This document shows positions 1 to 7,684 of a stretch of DNA of 64,000 nucleotides, one piece after another; position 1 is the stretch's first letter, and each line of letters starts with the position of its first letter. This DNA is from an uncultured Candidatus Saccharibacteria bacterium (GTDB lineage: Bacteria > Patescibacteriota > Minisyncoccia > Minisyncoccales > PEYH01): NCBI GenBank assembly GCA_964616145.1, contig CAZTRD010000002.1:4553-68552 (forward strand), in the 5' to 3' direction. The notes below the pieces were generated by a model. The model worked only from the letters and a program-made list of their open reading frames with translations. It had not been told where the DNA came from and searched no databases. The position numbers and the translations under genes are program-made.

Positions 1-141
1 TGTTTTTTCAAATTCCTTTTGGTTTAATGACAAGGTTTGGTTTTTCGTCTTGGGACCGTATAAAACAGCAGGTAATGAATCTGATTTTTTATCTTCTCTG
101 GCTTTTGCTTGCAAAGTTAAAATCTCCTGTTTATTTGTCAT
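1..141 (-). CDS. rplY: 50S ribosomal protein L25 (N-terminal part; runs off the window start)
   Basis: Manual translation MTNKQEILTLQAKARED...LPAVLYGPKTKNQTLSLNQKEFEK; PAVLYG is the bL25 signature. Confidence 0.75.
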   Translation of the reverse strand, partial: MTNKQEILTLQAKAREDKKSDSLPAVLYGPKTKNQTLSLNQKEFEKT

Positions 142-268
142 ATGATTGGCTTGCTGTTGCTGACATGGTGTTAATTATTTCTTCCTGGGTTGGCTTCTGA
201 GCCGTAAAAACAAGCAATAACAGGATGATAAAGACCACTATTGTGATAAAATCTATTAATTTTGCCAT
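131..268 (-). CDS. Small membrane protein (45 aa)
   Basis: Manual translation MAKLIDFITIVVFIILLLLVFTAQKPTQEE...; one TM helix; stop overlaps the rplY start. Confidence 0.4.
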   Translation of the reverse strand: MAKLIDFITIVVFIILLLLVFTAQKPTQEEIINTMSATASQSYDK

Positions 269-362
269 AGTAAGTTGAATTATAGCAGAAAACGCAAAGG
301 AAATCAAGGGTTAACACAAAGAGCATCGTTAAGATGCTCCTTGATAGATTCTTAAAAAATAG

Positions 363-452
363 TTATTTCTTTTTCTTGAAAACAAAGAATATCGCAGCCA
401 CAGCTATTATGGCTAATACGATGAAGATAATCGCTGTAATAGTTGAATCCAT
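363..452 (-). CDS. Small membrane peptide (29 aa)
   Basis: MDSTITAIIFIVLAIIAVAAIFFVFKKKK; TM helix plus basic tail. Confidence 0.45.
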   Translation of the reverse strand: MDSTITAIIFIVLAIIAVAAIFFVFKKKK

Positions 453-541
453 TTTTTTGAATATTTAATGATTTAAGACGACCTTTCCAGATAAATTATC
501 ATATATTAATGATACTACAGTATTTCAAATGGTCAATCCAG

Positions 542-1864
542 TTATTCACCTTTAACCATCTGATCTGCTAAAAGATATATATCCCCTGCCCCCATAAAGA
601 CAATTATATCTCCGCTAAAGCTTTCTAAAATATATCTTTTGATATCTTTGAGATTGAAAAACGATATTGTTTTCTCTCCTCTGCTATCCAGCGTTTCTGA
701 AAGCTTTTTGGAAGAAACTTTTGCTTTTAATAGTTTGCTTTCCCTGCCAGCCACTTCATATATCGGAGCTAAAATCAAATTATCCAAATCCAATTTGGAT
801 AATACTCTCACAAAATCATTAAAGAGATAGTAAGTTCTCTGATATTGGTGGGGCTGGAATATTAACCATATCTTTTTCCCAGCATATTTTTCTTTAATGG
901 CGCTGACAGTCAAATCCACTTCTGTTGGATGATGGCCATAATCAGAGATTACAGTCACTTTTCTGTTTTTGAAGTTAATGACATGGGCTTCCATTCTTCT
1001 CCAGGCACCTGTATATGAAGATAGCGCCCGCAAGGTAACAGAATCCTTAATCTTTAAAGCTCTGGCGCAGGATAGAACAGCCAAGGCATTCGAAACATTA
1101 TGCACTCCGGGTATTTTTAATTTCTTTTTTAAGATTGGATTTTCTTTTTGCTTTAAAGAATAGTAAATTACCTTACCAATTCTTTCTTGTTTTTTGGCAA
1201 TTTCTAAAACATTTTCATTATCTTTATTAGCAATAAAAATTCCGTCTTTTTTTAAAAAAGAAATAAATTTAGAAAATGTTTTTAAGATATTTGATAGATT
1301 TTTGTAATAATCAAGATGTTCTGGCTCAATATTGGTTGTGATGATAATTTTGGGACGATAATTCAAAAAAGAAGCCTTGAATTCATCTGCTTCTATCAAA
1401 AGAATATCTTTGCCCATCCTGAAATTAGTATTACCAAACTCCCTTAATTTTGTTCCGATAATTACAGTGGGGTCCAACCCTGCTTTGATTAGAACATTAG
1501 CTAACATTGCCGTAGTCGTGCTTTTTCCATGAGCTCCGCTCACTGCGATGGTAAAATGTGATTTAGTAAGCTCTCCTAATGCTTTAGGATAGCTCATTGT
1601 TTTAATCTTTAATCTCTTTGCCTCTCTTAACTCCGGGTTGCTGTCTTCTATGGCTGGAGTGAAAATAACTAAAGAAATATCTTTTGATATGTTTTCTTTT
1701 TTCTGGCCGATAAAGATTTTAACTCCCTTTTTCTTTAAGAATTCGGTTATCTCAGAAAAAGAAACATCAGAGCCAGAAATATTAAATTCTTTAGCCAGAT
1801 AGTATTGAGCCAAAGAAGATGTCCCTATCCCTCCTATTCCGATAAAATGTACCCTATTCTTCAT
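542..1864 (-). CDS. murC: UDP-N-acetylmuramate--L-alanine ligase
   Basis: HFIGIGGIG, GAHGKSTTT, EADE, DYGHHPTE, FQPH and MGAGDI motifs; start chosen at MKNRVHF (track starts at 1876). Confidence 0.93.
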   Translation of the reverse strand: MKNRVHFIGIGGIGTSSLAQYYLAKEFNISGSDVSFSEITEFLKKKGVKIFIGQKKENISKDISLVIFTPAIEDSNPELREAKRLKIKTMSYPKALGELTKSHFTIAVSGAHGKSTTTAMLANVLIKAGLDPTVIIGTKLREFGNTNFRMGKDILLIEADEFKASFLNYRPKIIITTNIEPEHLDYYKNLSNILKTFSKFISFLKKDGIFIANKDNENVLEIAKKQERIGKVIYYSLKQKENPILKKKLKIPGVHNVSNALAVLSCARALKIKDSVTLRALSSYTGAWRRMEAHVINFKNRKVTVISDYGHHPTEVDLTVSAIKEKYAGKKIWLIFQPHQYQRTYYLFNDFVRVLSKLDLDNLILAPIYEVAGRESKLLKAKVSSKKLSETLDSRGEKTISFFNLKDIKRYILESFSGDIIVFMGAGDIYLLADQMVKGE

Positions 1865-2426
1865 TTGATAGCTCAAAGGAATCCAGAATAGTATATTCTG
1901 GACCTCCTCTCTTTAATTCGCTTTCCATGATCTCTATTGTATTTACCTCAAACCTGATATTTAACATTTCATCAATTGTAGGCATTTCTTCCAATTTCTG
2001 AAATTCCCATTGCTTTATCCTGGCTAATGTAACATGAAAGAAAAATGGTTTGTTTTCTTTTTCCTTGTATTGAAAGGAATCCAGATTGAAGATTTTCTGT
2101 TCTAATTCTTTTTGCAGAGAAAAAAGATTGCTATCCCCTTCTCCTTCAATCCAAACCATTCTTGGAATACCTTTTTGGTTTTCACTAAAACAAGCTTTCT
2201 TCAAGTTAACAACAAAAGATTTTTGCTTTTCGCAAACTTCCTGAATAGTTTTAATTGTCTGGCTTAATTGATTATCATCAAGGTTTCCCAAAAACAGCAA
2301 AGTGATATGCAAATTATCCGGTTTTACCCATTTTGCCGGGATTTCCTGATATTTATCCTTGAATGTCAAAAGCTTTCTTTTAACATTTTCCGGGAGGTTA
2401 ATAGATAAAAATATCCTGTGAAGCAT
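1854..2426 (-). CDS. thpR: RNA 2',3'-cyclic phosphodiesterase (2H family)
   Basis: R-IF-SI N-terminus, two HxT motifs (LHITLLFLG, FHVTLAR), C-terminal SEL..GP.Y. Confidence 0.9.
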   Translation of the reverse strand: MLHRIFLSINLPENVKRKLLTFKDKYQEIPAKWVKPDNLHITLLFLGNLDDNQLSQTIKTIQEVCEKQKSFVVNLKKACFSENQKGIPRMVWIEGEGDSNLFSLQKELEQKIFNLDSFQYKEKENKPFFFHVTLARIKQWEFQKLEEMPTIDEMLNIRFEVNTIEIMESELKRGGPEYTILDSFELSNEE

Positions 2427-2520
2427 ATATTTAACTTAACACAAATGGATAAAAAGAGAAGACCGAGCCACAATTCCGACATGTCTTTTTATCACTCCAA
2501 ATTTGTAGTAGAATAAAACA

Positions 2521-3537
2521 ATGCAAGAAGCATTGCTTTGGGAGAAAAAAGAATCAAGGAAGGTTAAATGCCTTAATTGTTCTCATTATTGCGTAATCAA
2601 CGAAGGCAATCTTGGAATTTGCAATGTAAGGCAGAATATCAAAGGCAAACTATACTCTTTAAACCATGGTTTGATCTGCGCTATTGGGATTGATCCAATA
2701 GAAAAGAAACCATTATTCCATTTTCTTCCGGGAACCAATACTTTTTCTTTTGCCGCTCCTGGGTGCAATTTTGCTTGCGCCAATTGCCAGAATTGGCAGA
2801 TATCTCAAGGGCCAAAAATATTAAAGAAGGTTAATGGAGAAACTATCTTGTCAAAAGAAATTGTAAACAAAGCAAAAGAGTCCAATTGTCCTTCTATCTC
2901 ATATACCTATACAGAACCGACAATCTTTTCTGAATACGCAATTGAAACAATGAAAATTGCAAAAAAAGCAGGTTTAAAAAACATCTGGATCAGCAATGGA
3001 TATTTTTCCAAAGAATTGTTAAAAGAGATAATTCCCCTGCTTGATGCGGTAAATATTGATTTAAAATCTTTTGATGAGAATTTCTATCAAAAGAACTGTT
3101 CTGCCAAGCTTTGGCCGATTATAGACAATTTAAGAACTTTAAAAAAGAAAGGTGTTTGGGTAGAAGTCACGACTCTTTTAATTCCTGGGGTGAATGATAA
3201 AAAGACGGAATTGAGGGAAATCGCCAAATACATCAGAGAAGAATTAGGATCAAATGTTCCATGGCATATTACCAGATTTTTCGGCCAGTATTCATGGAAG
3301 ATGAAGAATATACCTGATACAACCTTAGAAAAACTGGTTGAAGCCAGAAATATCGGTTTGGAAGAAGGATTATACTATGTATATCTTGGCAATGTTCCGG
3401 GAATTGATTCGGAAGATACATATTGCCCTCATTGCAAGGAAAAACTAATAGACAGAAACGGATATGATATTCAGCGCTATGATTTATCTGGAAAATGTTC
3501 GAATTGTTTGTATAAACTAGATGGATTAATTCAATAA
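2521..3537 (+). CDS. amrS: AmmeMemoRadiSam system radical SAM enzyme
   Basis: DPIEKKPLFHFLPG, CxxxCxxC (GCNFACANCQNW), YTYTEP; adjacent to Memo and AMMECR1 genes. Confidence 0.92.
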   Translation: MQEALLWEKKESRKVKCLNCSHYCVINEGNLGICNVRQNIKGKLYSLNHGLICAIGIDPIEKKPLFHFLPGTNTFSFAAPGCNFACANCQNWQISQGPKILKKVNGETILSKEIVNKAKESNCPSISYTYTEPTIFSEYAIETMKIAKKAGLKNIWISNGYFSKELLKEIIPLLDAVNIDLKSFDENFYQKNCSAKLWPIIDNLRTLKKKGVWVEVTTLLIPGVNDKKTELREIAKYIREELGSNVPWHITRFFGQYSWKMKNIPDTTLEKLVEARNIGLEEGLYYVYLGNVPGIDSEDTYCPHCKEKLIDRNGYDIQRYDLSGKCSNCLYKLDGLIQ

Positions 3538-3539
3538 AC

Positions 3540-4373
3540 ATGTCTTTAGTATTTGCGGCATTTTGTCCTCATCCCCCTATAATAATTCCAACTATAGGGA
3601 GCAAAGAAGATTTAAGACAAATCAATAAAACGACTTTGGCTTTTAAATCCTTAACTCAGAAATTAAAGGATTCAAAAGCTGAAACTTTAATCGTTATCTC
3701 TCCTCATGGAAATATCTTTTCCAATGTTTTTTGCATAAACACTTCCAAGGAATTCTTTGGGGATTTTTCACTATTTGACGACTTTTCTTCTCAATTTTAC
3801 TTTAATAATGATTTGGAATTAAACAATCAGATTATTGCAGATTGTTTGGATAAAAAAATACCATTGAAGAAAATAGAAGAGAAATCTCTTGATCATGGGT
3901 CTTTGGTTCCTCTCTTTTTCTTGAGCCAGAAGAATAAATTCAAAATCATTCCTCTTGGTTATTCGTTTTTAAGCATTAAATCCCATTTCAATTTCGGCAA
4001 ATCAATCCAAAAAACAATAACAGAAGAGAGATTCAAAAAAACTCTAATCGGAAAAAGAATCTTAGACAAAAAAGTGGCGGTTCTAGCCAGCGGAGATATG
4101 TCCCATAGGTTAAATCAGTCCGCTCCGGCTGGCTATTCTCCTTTTGGCAGGATTTTTGACGAAGCAGTGATCAGCTCCCTATTAAGCAACAATGCGTCCA
4201 AAATACTTGATATAGATCCCAATCTTTCTGAAAAAGCTGGTGAATGCGGATTCAGATCATTGGCAATCCTTTTGGGAATCTTAGATGGATTAAAAGCAAA
4301 ACCAGAAGTATTATCATATGAAAATCCATTTGGCGTAGGATATTTGACTGTTAATTTTTCCTTAAAAAAATGA
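3540..4373 (+). CDS. amrB: AmmeMemoRadiSam system protein B (Memo/extradiol dioxygenase fold)
   Basis: PHPP, SPH, DHG, SGDMSH, GECG, YE.PFGVGY motifs. Confidence 0.88.
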   Translation: MSLVFAAFCPHPPIIIPTIGSKEDLRQINKTTLAFKSLTQKLKDSKAETLIVISPHGNIFSNVFCINTSKEFFGDFSLFDDFSSQFYFNNDLELNNQIIADCLDKKIPLKKIEEKSLDHGSLVPLFFLSQKNKFKIIPLGYSFLSIKSHFNFGKSIQKTITEERFKKTLIGKRILDKKVAVLASGDMSHRLNQSAPAGYSPFGRIFDEAVISSLLSNNASKILDIDPNLSEKAGECGFRSLAILLGILDGLKAKPEVLSYENPFGVGYLTVNFSLKK

Positions 4374-4882
4374 ACCTATACTGTCAATTAGCCAAAAATA
4401 CTGTTTTCTCCTTTATCAAGGATGATAAGAGGATAAAAACGGATAATAATTTGCCGAAAGATTTCAATAGAAGAGCAGGTGTATTTGTCAGTATATTCAA
4501 TAAAAATGATTTAAGGGGATGCGTAGGAACATTCTTGCCAACGCAAAAGAATATAGCAGAGGAGATAGTCTCAAGCGCAATAAGCGCATGCCAAGATACG
4601 AGATTTTTGCCTCTTCAAGAAAAGGAGCTTCCTTTTCTGTCTTTTGAGGTATATATTTTAGATAAGCCGGAACCGGTTAAAGATATCAAGGAATTAAATC
4701 CTAAAAAGTACGGCATTTTAATCCGGTCATTTAACAAATCAGGCCTGCTATTACCGGATCTGGAAGGAATAGATAATACAAATCAGCAGATAGACATAGC
4801 AGCAAGGAAGGCAGGAATAGATTTAAATGAAGAAGAAATTACAATATATAAGTTCCTAGCTAAAAAATATGTATCTGATTGA
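4370..4882 (+). CDS. amrA: AmmeMemoRadiSam system protein A (AMMECR1 domain)
   Basis: GVFVSI..LRGCVGT, D.RF, GLLLPDLEG motifs. Confidence 0.9.
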   Translation: MNLYCQLAKNTVFSFIKDDKRIKTDNNLPKDFNRRAGVFVSIFNKNDLRGCVGTFLPTQKNIAEEIVSSAISACQDTRFLPLQEKELPFLSFEVYILDKPEPVKDIKELNPKKYGILIRSFNKSGLLLPDLEGIDNTNQQIDIAARKAGIDLNEEEITIYKFLAKKYVSD

Positions 4883-6755
4883 TGTAATCCCTTTAATTAA
4901 AATACCGTATCCGGGAGCTCAAACCTTTCAATACTTCTCAAGCAAAGAATTAAAGAAAGGTTCTTTAATCTCTATTCCTGTTGGAAAAGCAAAGGCTCAA
5001 GGAATTGTTTTCAATTGTTCTAATCTTCTGCAGAAGAAAATGGAAATCAAGAAATCAAATATCGCCCTAAGATCAATAAAGGAAATTATTTCTTCAGAGC
5101 CGATAGTAAATGAAGGCCAGATACAATTGTCCCAATTTGTTTCTGATAAATATCTGGAGCCATTAGGAATTTCTTTAAAGTCATTCATTCCTCCGAGCAT
5201 TTTAAAAAGGAAAAAATTTCCTTTAAATATTTTCCCAAAAGAAAATATAAAGAACAAAAAAAGATCCATGCCTATCCTTCTTTTAAAGGAGAATAGAATA
5301 AAAGAATATTCAAAAGCTATCAAAGAAACATTAGAAAAGAATCAAACTGTTCTTCTCCTCTGCCCGGAAATATTAAAAGCTGCTGTTTTTCTTAAGGACT
5401 TAAAAAAGATTTCTGCAAAAACAGCATTCTATCATGCTGAATTGAAAAATTCTCAAAAATTAAAGATCTGGCAGGATATCTGCCAGAATAATACAGATAT
5501 TGTTTTGGGAACAAGATCCAGTATCGGCCTCCCCTTCTCCAACCTTGGCCTTATCATAGTAGATGAGGAAGAAAGTGCTAGTTTTAAGTCCTGGGATCAG
5601 CATCCCAAATTAAATGCCAAAACCGCAGCAATCAAATTAGCAGAAATTCATGGAGTTAAAATCATTCTTGGAACGAACTTTTTAACAATAAATTCATACT
5701 ATCGCATTAAAAACAATGGGTTTGAATTCATAAATGATTTTAAGAAAGATAATTCCAAAATAGATATTATAGATATGCAAAAAGAAAGAAAATGGGGAAA
5801 TTTTTCTTTACTTTCTGAAAAATTAAAAAAAGATATTAAAAAGAATATTGAAGAGAAAAAACAAATTCTTCTTTTTGTTAATAGAAAGGGACTAGCAACC
5901 TCAATAATCTGCAAAAACTGCGGATATGTAGAAAAATGCCCTCATTGCGATTCTCCAATGGTATATCACAAGCAAAAAGATAAAGGAATATTGATATGCC
6001 ATTATTGCTTGTATTCCAAGAATCCTCCTGCATATTGCCCAAGTTGCAAAAGCACTAATATTAAATACATAGGAGCAGGAATAGATAAAGTTTTTCAAGA
6101 AATCAGTAATTTTCTTAAATTCAATCTTTTGGACGCAAAAGTAGCGATTTTACACAAAGAATTACTGGAAGATAAGCAAAAAAGAATAATTGATGGTTTT
6201 AAGAAGAAAAAAATAGATATTCTTTTGACTACGCAAATTGCTTTTAAATATCAGAATCTAAAAACTGATCTCTGCGCTGCTGTTCTTCCTGATTTCTTGC
6301 TTAATATTCCTGATTTCTCTGCCAATGAAAAGGCATTCAGAATATTTAATATTTTAAAGAATATCTCCAGAAAAACAATTATCCAAACCTACAAGCCGGA
6401 TTTAAGCATTTTCAAATATTTAAAAGATGATGATTTTGAGGGATTTATCAAGGAAGAATTGGAACTAAGAAAAATGTTTTCCTATCCTCCGTTCTCAGAA
6501 ATCATTAAATTAACATTAAGTAATAAATCATATAAGGTCTGCCTATTCAGAGCCAAAGAATTGGAAAAGAAATTATTAAATATATTTTCTCAAAAAGAAA
6601 TATTAGGCCCCTCCCCTGCTTTTATCTCTAAGATAAAGGGGCGATATATTTTCAATATTATTATCAAATCTGACAACCAAGAGAAGAAAAATAGATTAAA
6701 AGAGATTGTCTCTAACTTCTGGGAGATAGAAGTTGATCCAGAGAATATAATTTAG
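4869..6755 (+). CDS. priA: Primosomal protein N' (helicase motifs degenerate)
   Basis: GTRS, GLIIVDEE, NRKG, four CxxC zinc motifs, YPPF, GP.PA, C-terminal VDP. Confidence 0.88.
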   Translation: MYLIDVIPLIKIPYPGAQTFQYFSSKELKKGSLISIPVGKAKAQGIVFNCSNLLQKKMEIKKSNIALRSIKEIISSEPIVNEGQIQLSQFVSDKYLEPLGISLKSFIPPSILKRKKFPLNIFPKENIKNKKRSMPILLLKENRIKEYSKAIKETLEKNQTVLLLCPEILKAAVFLKDLKKISAKTAFYHAELKNSQKLKIWQDICQNNTDIVLGTRSSIGLPFSNLGLIIVDEEESASFKSWDQHPKLNAKTAAIKLAEIHGVKIILGTNFLTINSYYRIKNNGFEFINDFKKDNSKIDIIDMQKERKWGNFSLLSEKLKKDIKKNIEEKKQILLFVNRKGLATSIICKNCGYVEKCPHCDSPMVYHKQKDKGILICHYCLYSKNPPAYCPSCKSTNIKYIGAGIDKVFQEISNFLKFNLLDAKVAILHKELLEDKQKRIIDGFKKKKIDILLTTQIAFKYQNLKTDLCAAVLPDFLLNIPDFSANEKAFRIFNILKNISRKTIIQTYKPDLSIFKYLKDDDFEGFIKEELELRKMFSYPPFSEIIKLTLSNKSYKVCLFRAKELEKKLLNIFSQKEILGPSPAFISKIKGRYIFNIIIKSDNQEKKNRLKEIVSNFWEIEVDPENII

Positions 6756-6761
6756 GGTAGT

Positions 6762-6798
6762 AGGTGGTTCCCACGGCTATATTCCGTGGGAACCACCT
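6762..6798. terminator. Perfect 15-bp inverted repeat between priA and the convergent small ORF
   Basis: AGGTGGTTCCCACGG-ctatatt-CCGTGGGAACCACCT. Confidence 0.6.
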
Positions 6799-6890
6799 CT
6801 CATTATCACCAGGGCCAAGATGCCCAAGAAAGCGAGGACGAATGCGCTAAACGAGATGATAATCCCCCACACCCTCCTTGTTTTCTTCAT
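6777..6890 (-). CDS. Small hydrophobic peptide (37 aa), type I toxin-like
   Basis: GGGAGG SD then MKKTRRVWGIIISFSAFVLAFLGILALVIMRGGSHGI; not in ORF track. Confidence 0.5.
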   Translation of the reverse strand: MKKTRRVWGIIISFSAFVLAFLGILALVIMRGGSHGI

Positions 6891-7074
6891 CTGCCCTCCC
6901 GTGATGGAAAGAATGAGGCCAATTCCTCATTCGAGCTATCTTTATTCTATCATCTTGAAAGGATTCTGCAAATTGAAGGACGCTCTTGATATTGACCAAG
7001 GGGAAATAATGTAATAATAAGAATGTAGCTCCTTGCGAGTTCACAACTATGCAAGGAAAGGGAGATGAGAAGTA

Positions 7075-7614
7075 ATGAAAAGAACTCGAGTGGCCATGGT
7101 TACTGTACCCCTTTTCGGAAGCTCTGGGGTTATCGAGGGAGAAGACGGAACAAGGTGGCCGTATATAGAGCTGGGGGAGCATACTTGCGTTCTCCCGATC
7201 TGTGCAACGGCTGGGTCAGTTCGTATTGGTCTCATTAGAGAGCTGAAGCCGATTCTTGAAGAGGTGCGAACCAAAGTGCCAAGCGACTTCAGAAGAGGTG
7301 AGCCGGACAACGAAGTAGTGGCCAGGGAAATCCTTGTCCGCAAGACAGGAATTGAACAGGGCGATATTCTCCATATTGTCCCGTTCAACTTCCAGACTCC
7401 CGGCTGGCCTCCGAACGTTGTCTTCGACAAATCGAAAAGGTGGCTGGCCTGGACTCGTAGTCAATGCGGGAGGAAAGTCAGCTGGTTTGATCTAGGAGAA
7501 ATCCAGGCCATGCTGACGGCTAGCGACACACCCATCAAGGATGCCCCGACGTGGCATCTGCTTGCCTGGATCGTCATGCAATACGACCAGGGGAGTCTTC
7601 CAGGTGAGCCGTGA
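7075..7614 (+). CDS. Hypothetical protein, possibly degenerate Nudix fold; GC-rich ORFan
   Basis: Purine-rich SD; GEPDNEVVAREILVRKTG loosely resembles a Nudix box; followed by terminator. Confidence 0.6.
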   Translation: MKRTRVAMVTVPLFGSSGVIEGEDGTRWPYIELGEHTCVLPICATAGSVRIGLIRELKPILEEVRTKVPSDFRRGEPDNEVVAREILVRKTGIEQGDILHIVPFNFQTPGWPPNVVFDKSKRWLAWTRSQCGRKVSWFDLGEIQAMLTASDTPIKDAPTWHLLAWIVMQYDQGSLPGEP

Positions 7615-7626
7615 ACTCAAACGAAG

Positions 7627-7667
7627 ACGGACCGCCCCAATTTCTAGGGTGGTCCGTTTCTTTTTTT
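7627..7667 (+). terminator. Intrinsic terminator
   Basis: ACGGACCGCCC...GGGTGGTCCGT followed by T-run. Confidence 0.7.
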
Positions 7668-7684
7668 ATATCTCAATTTCGCTA

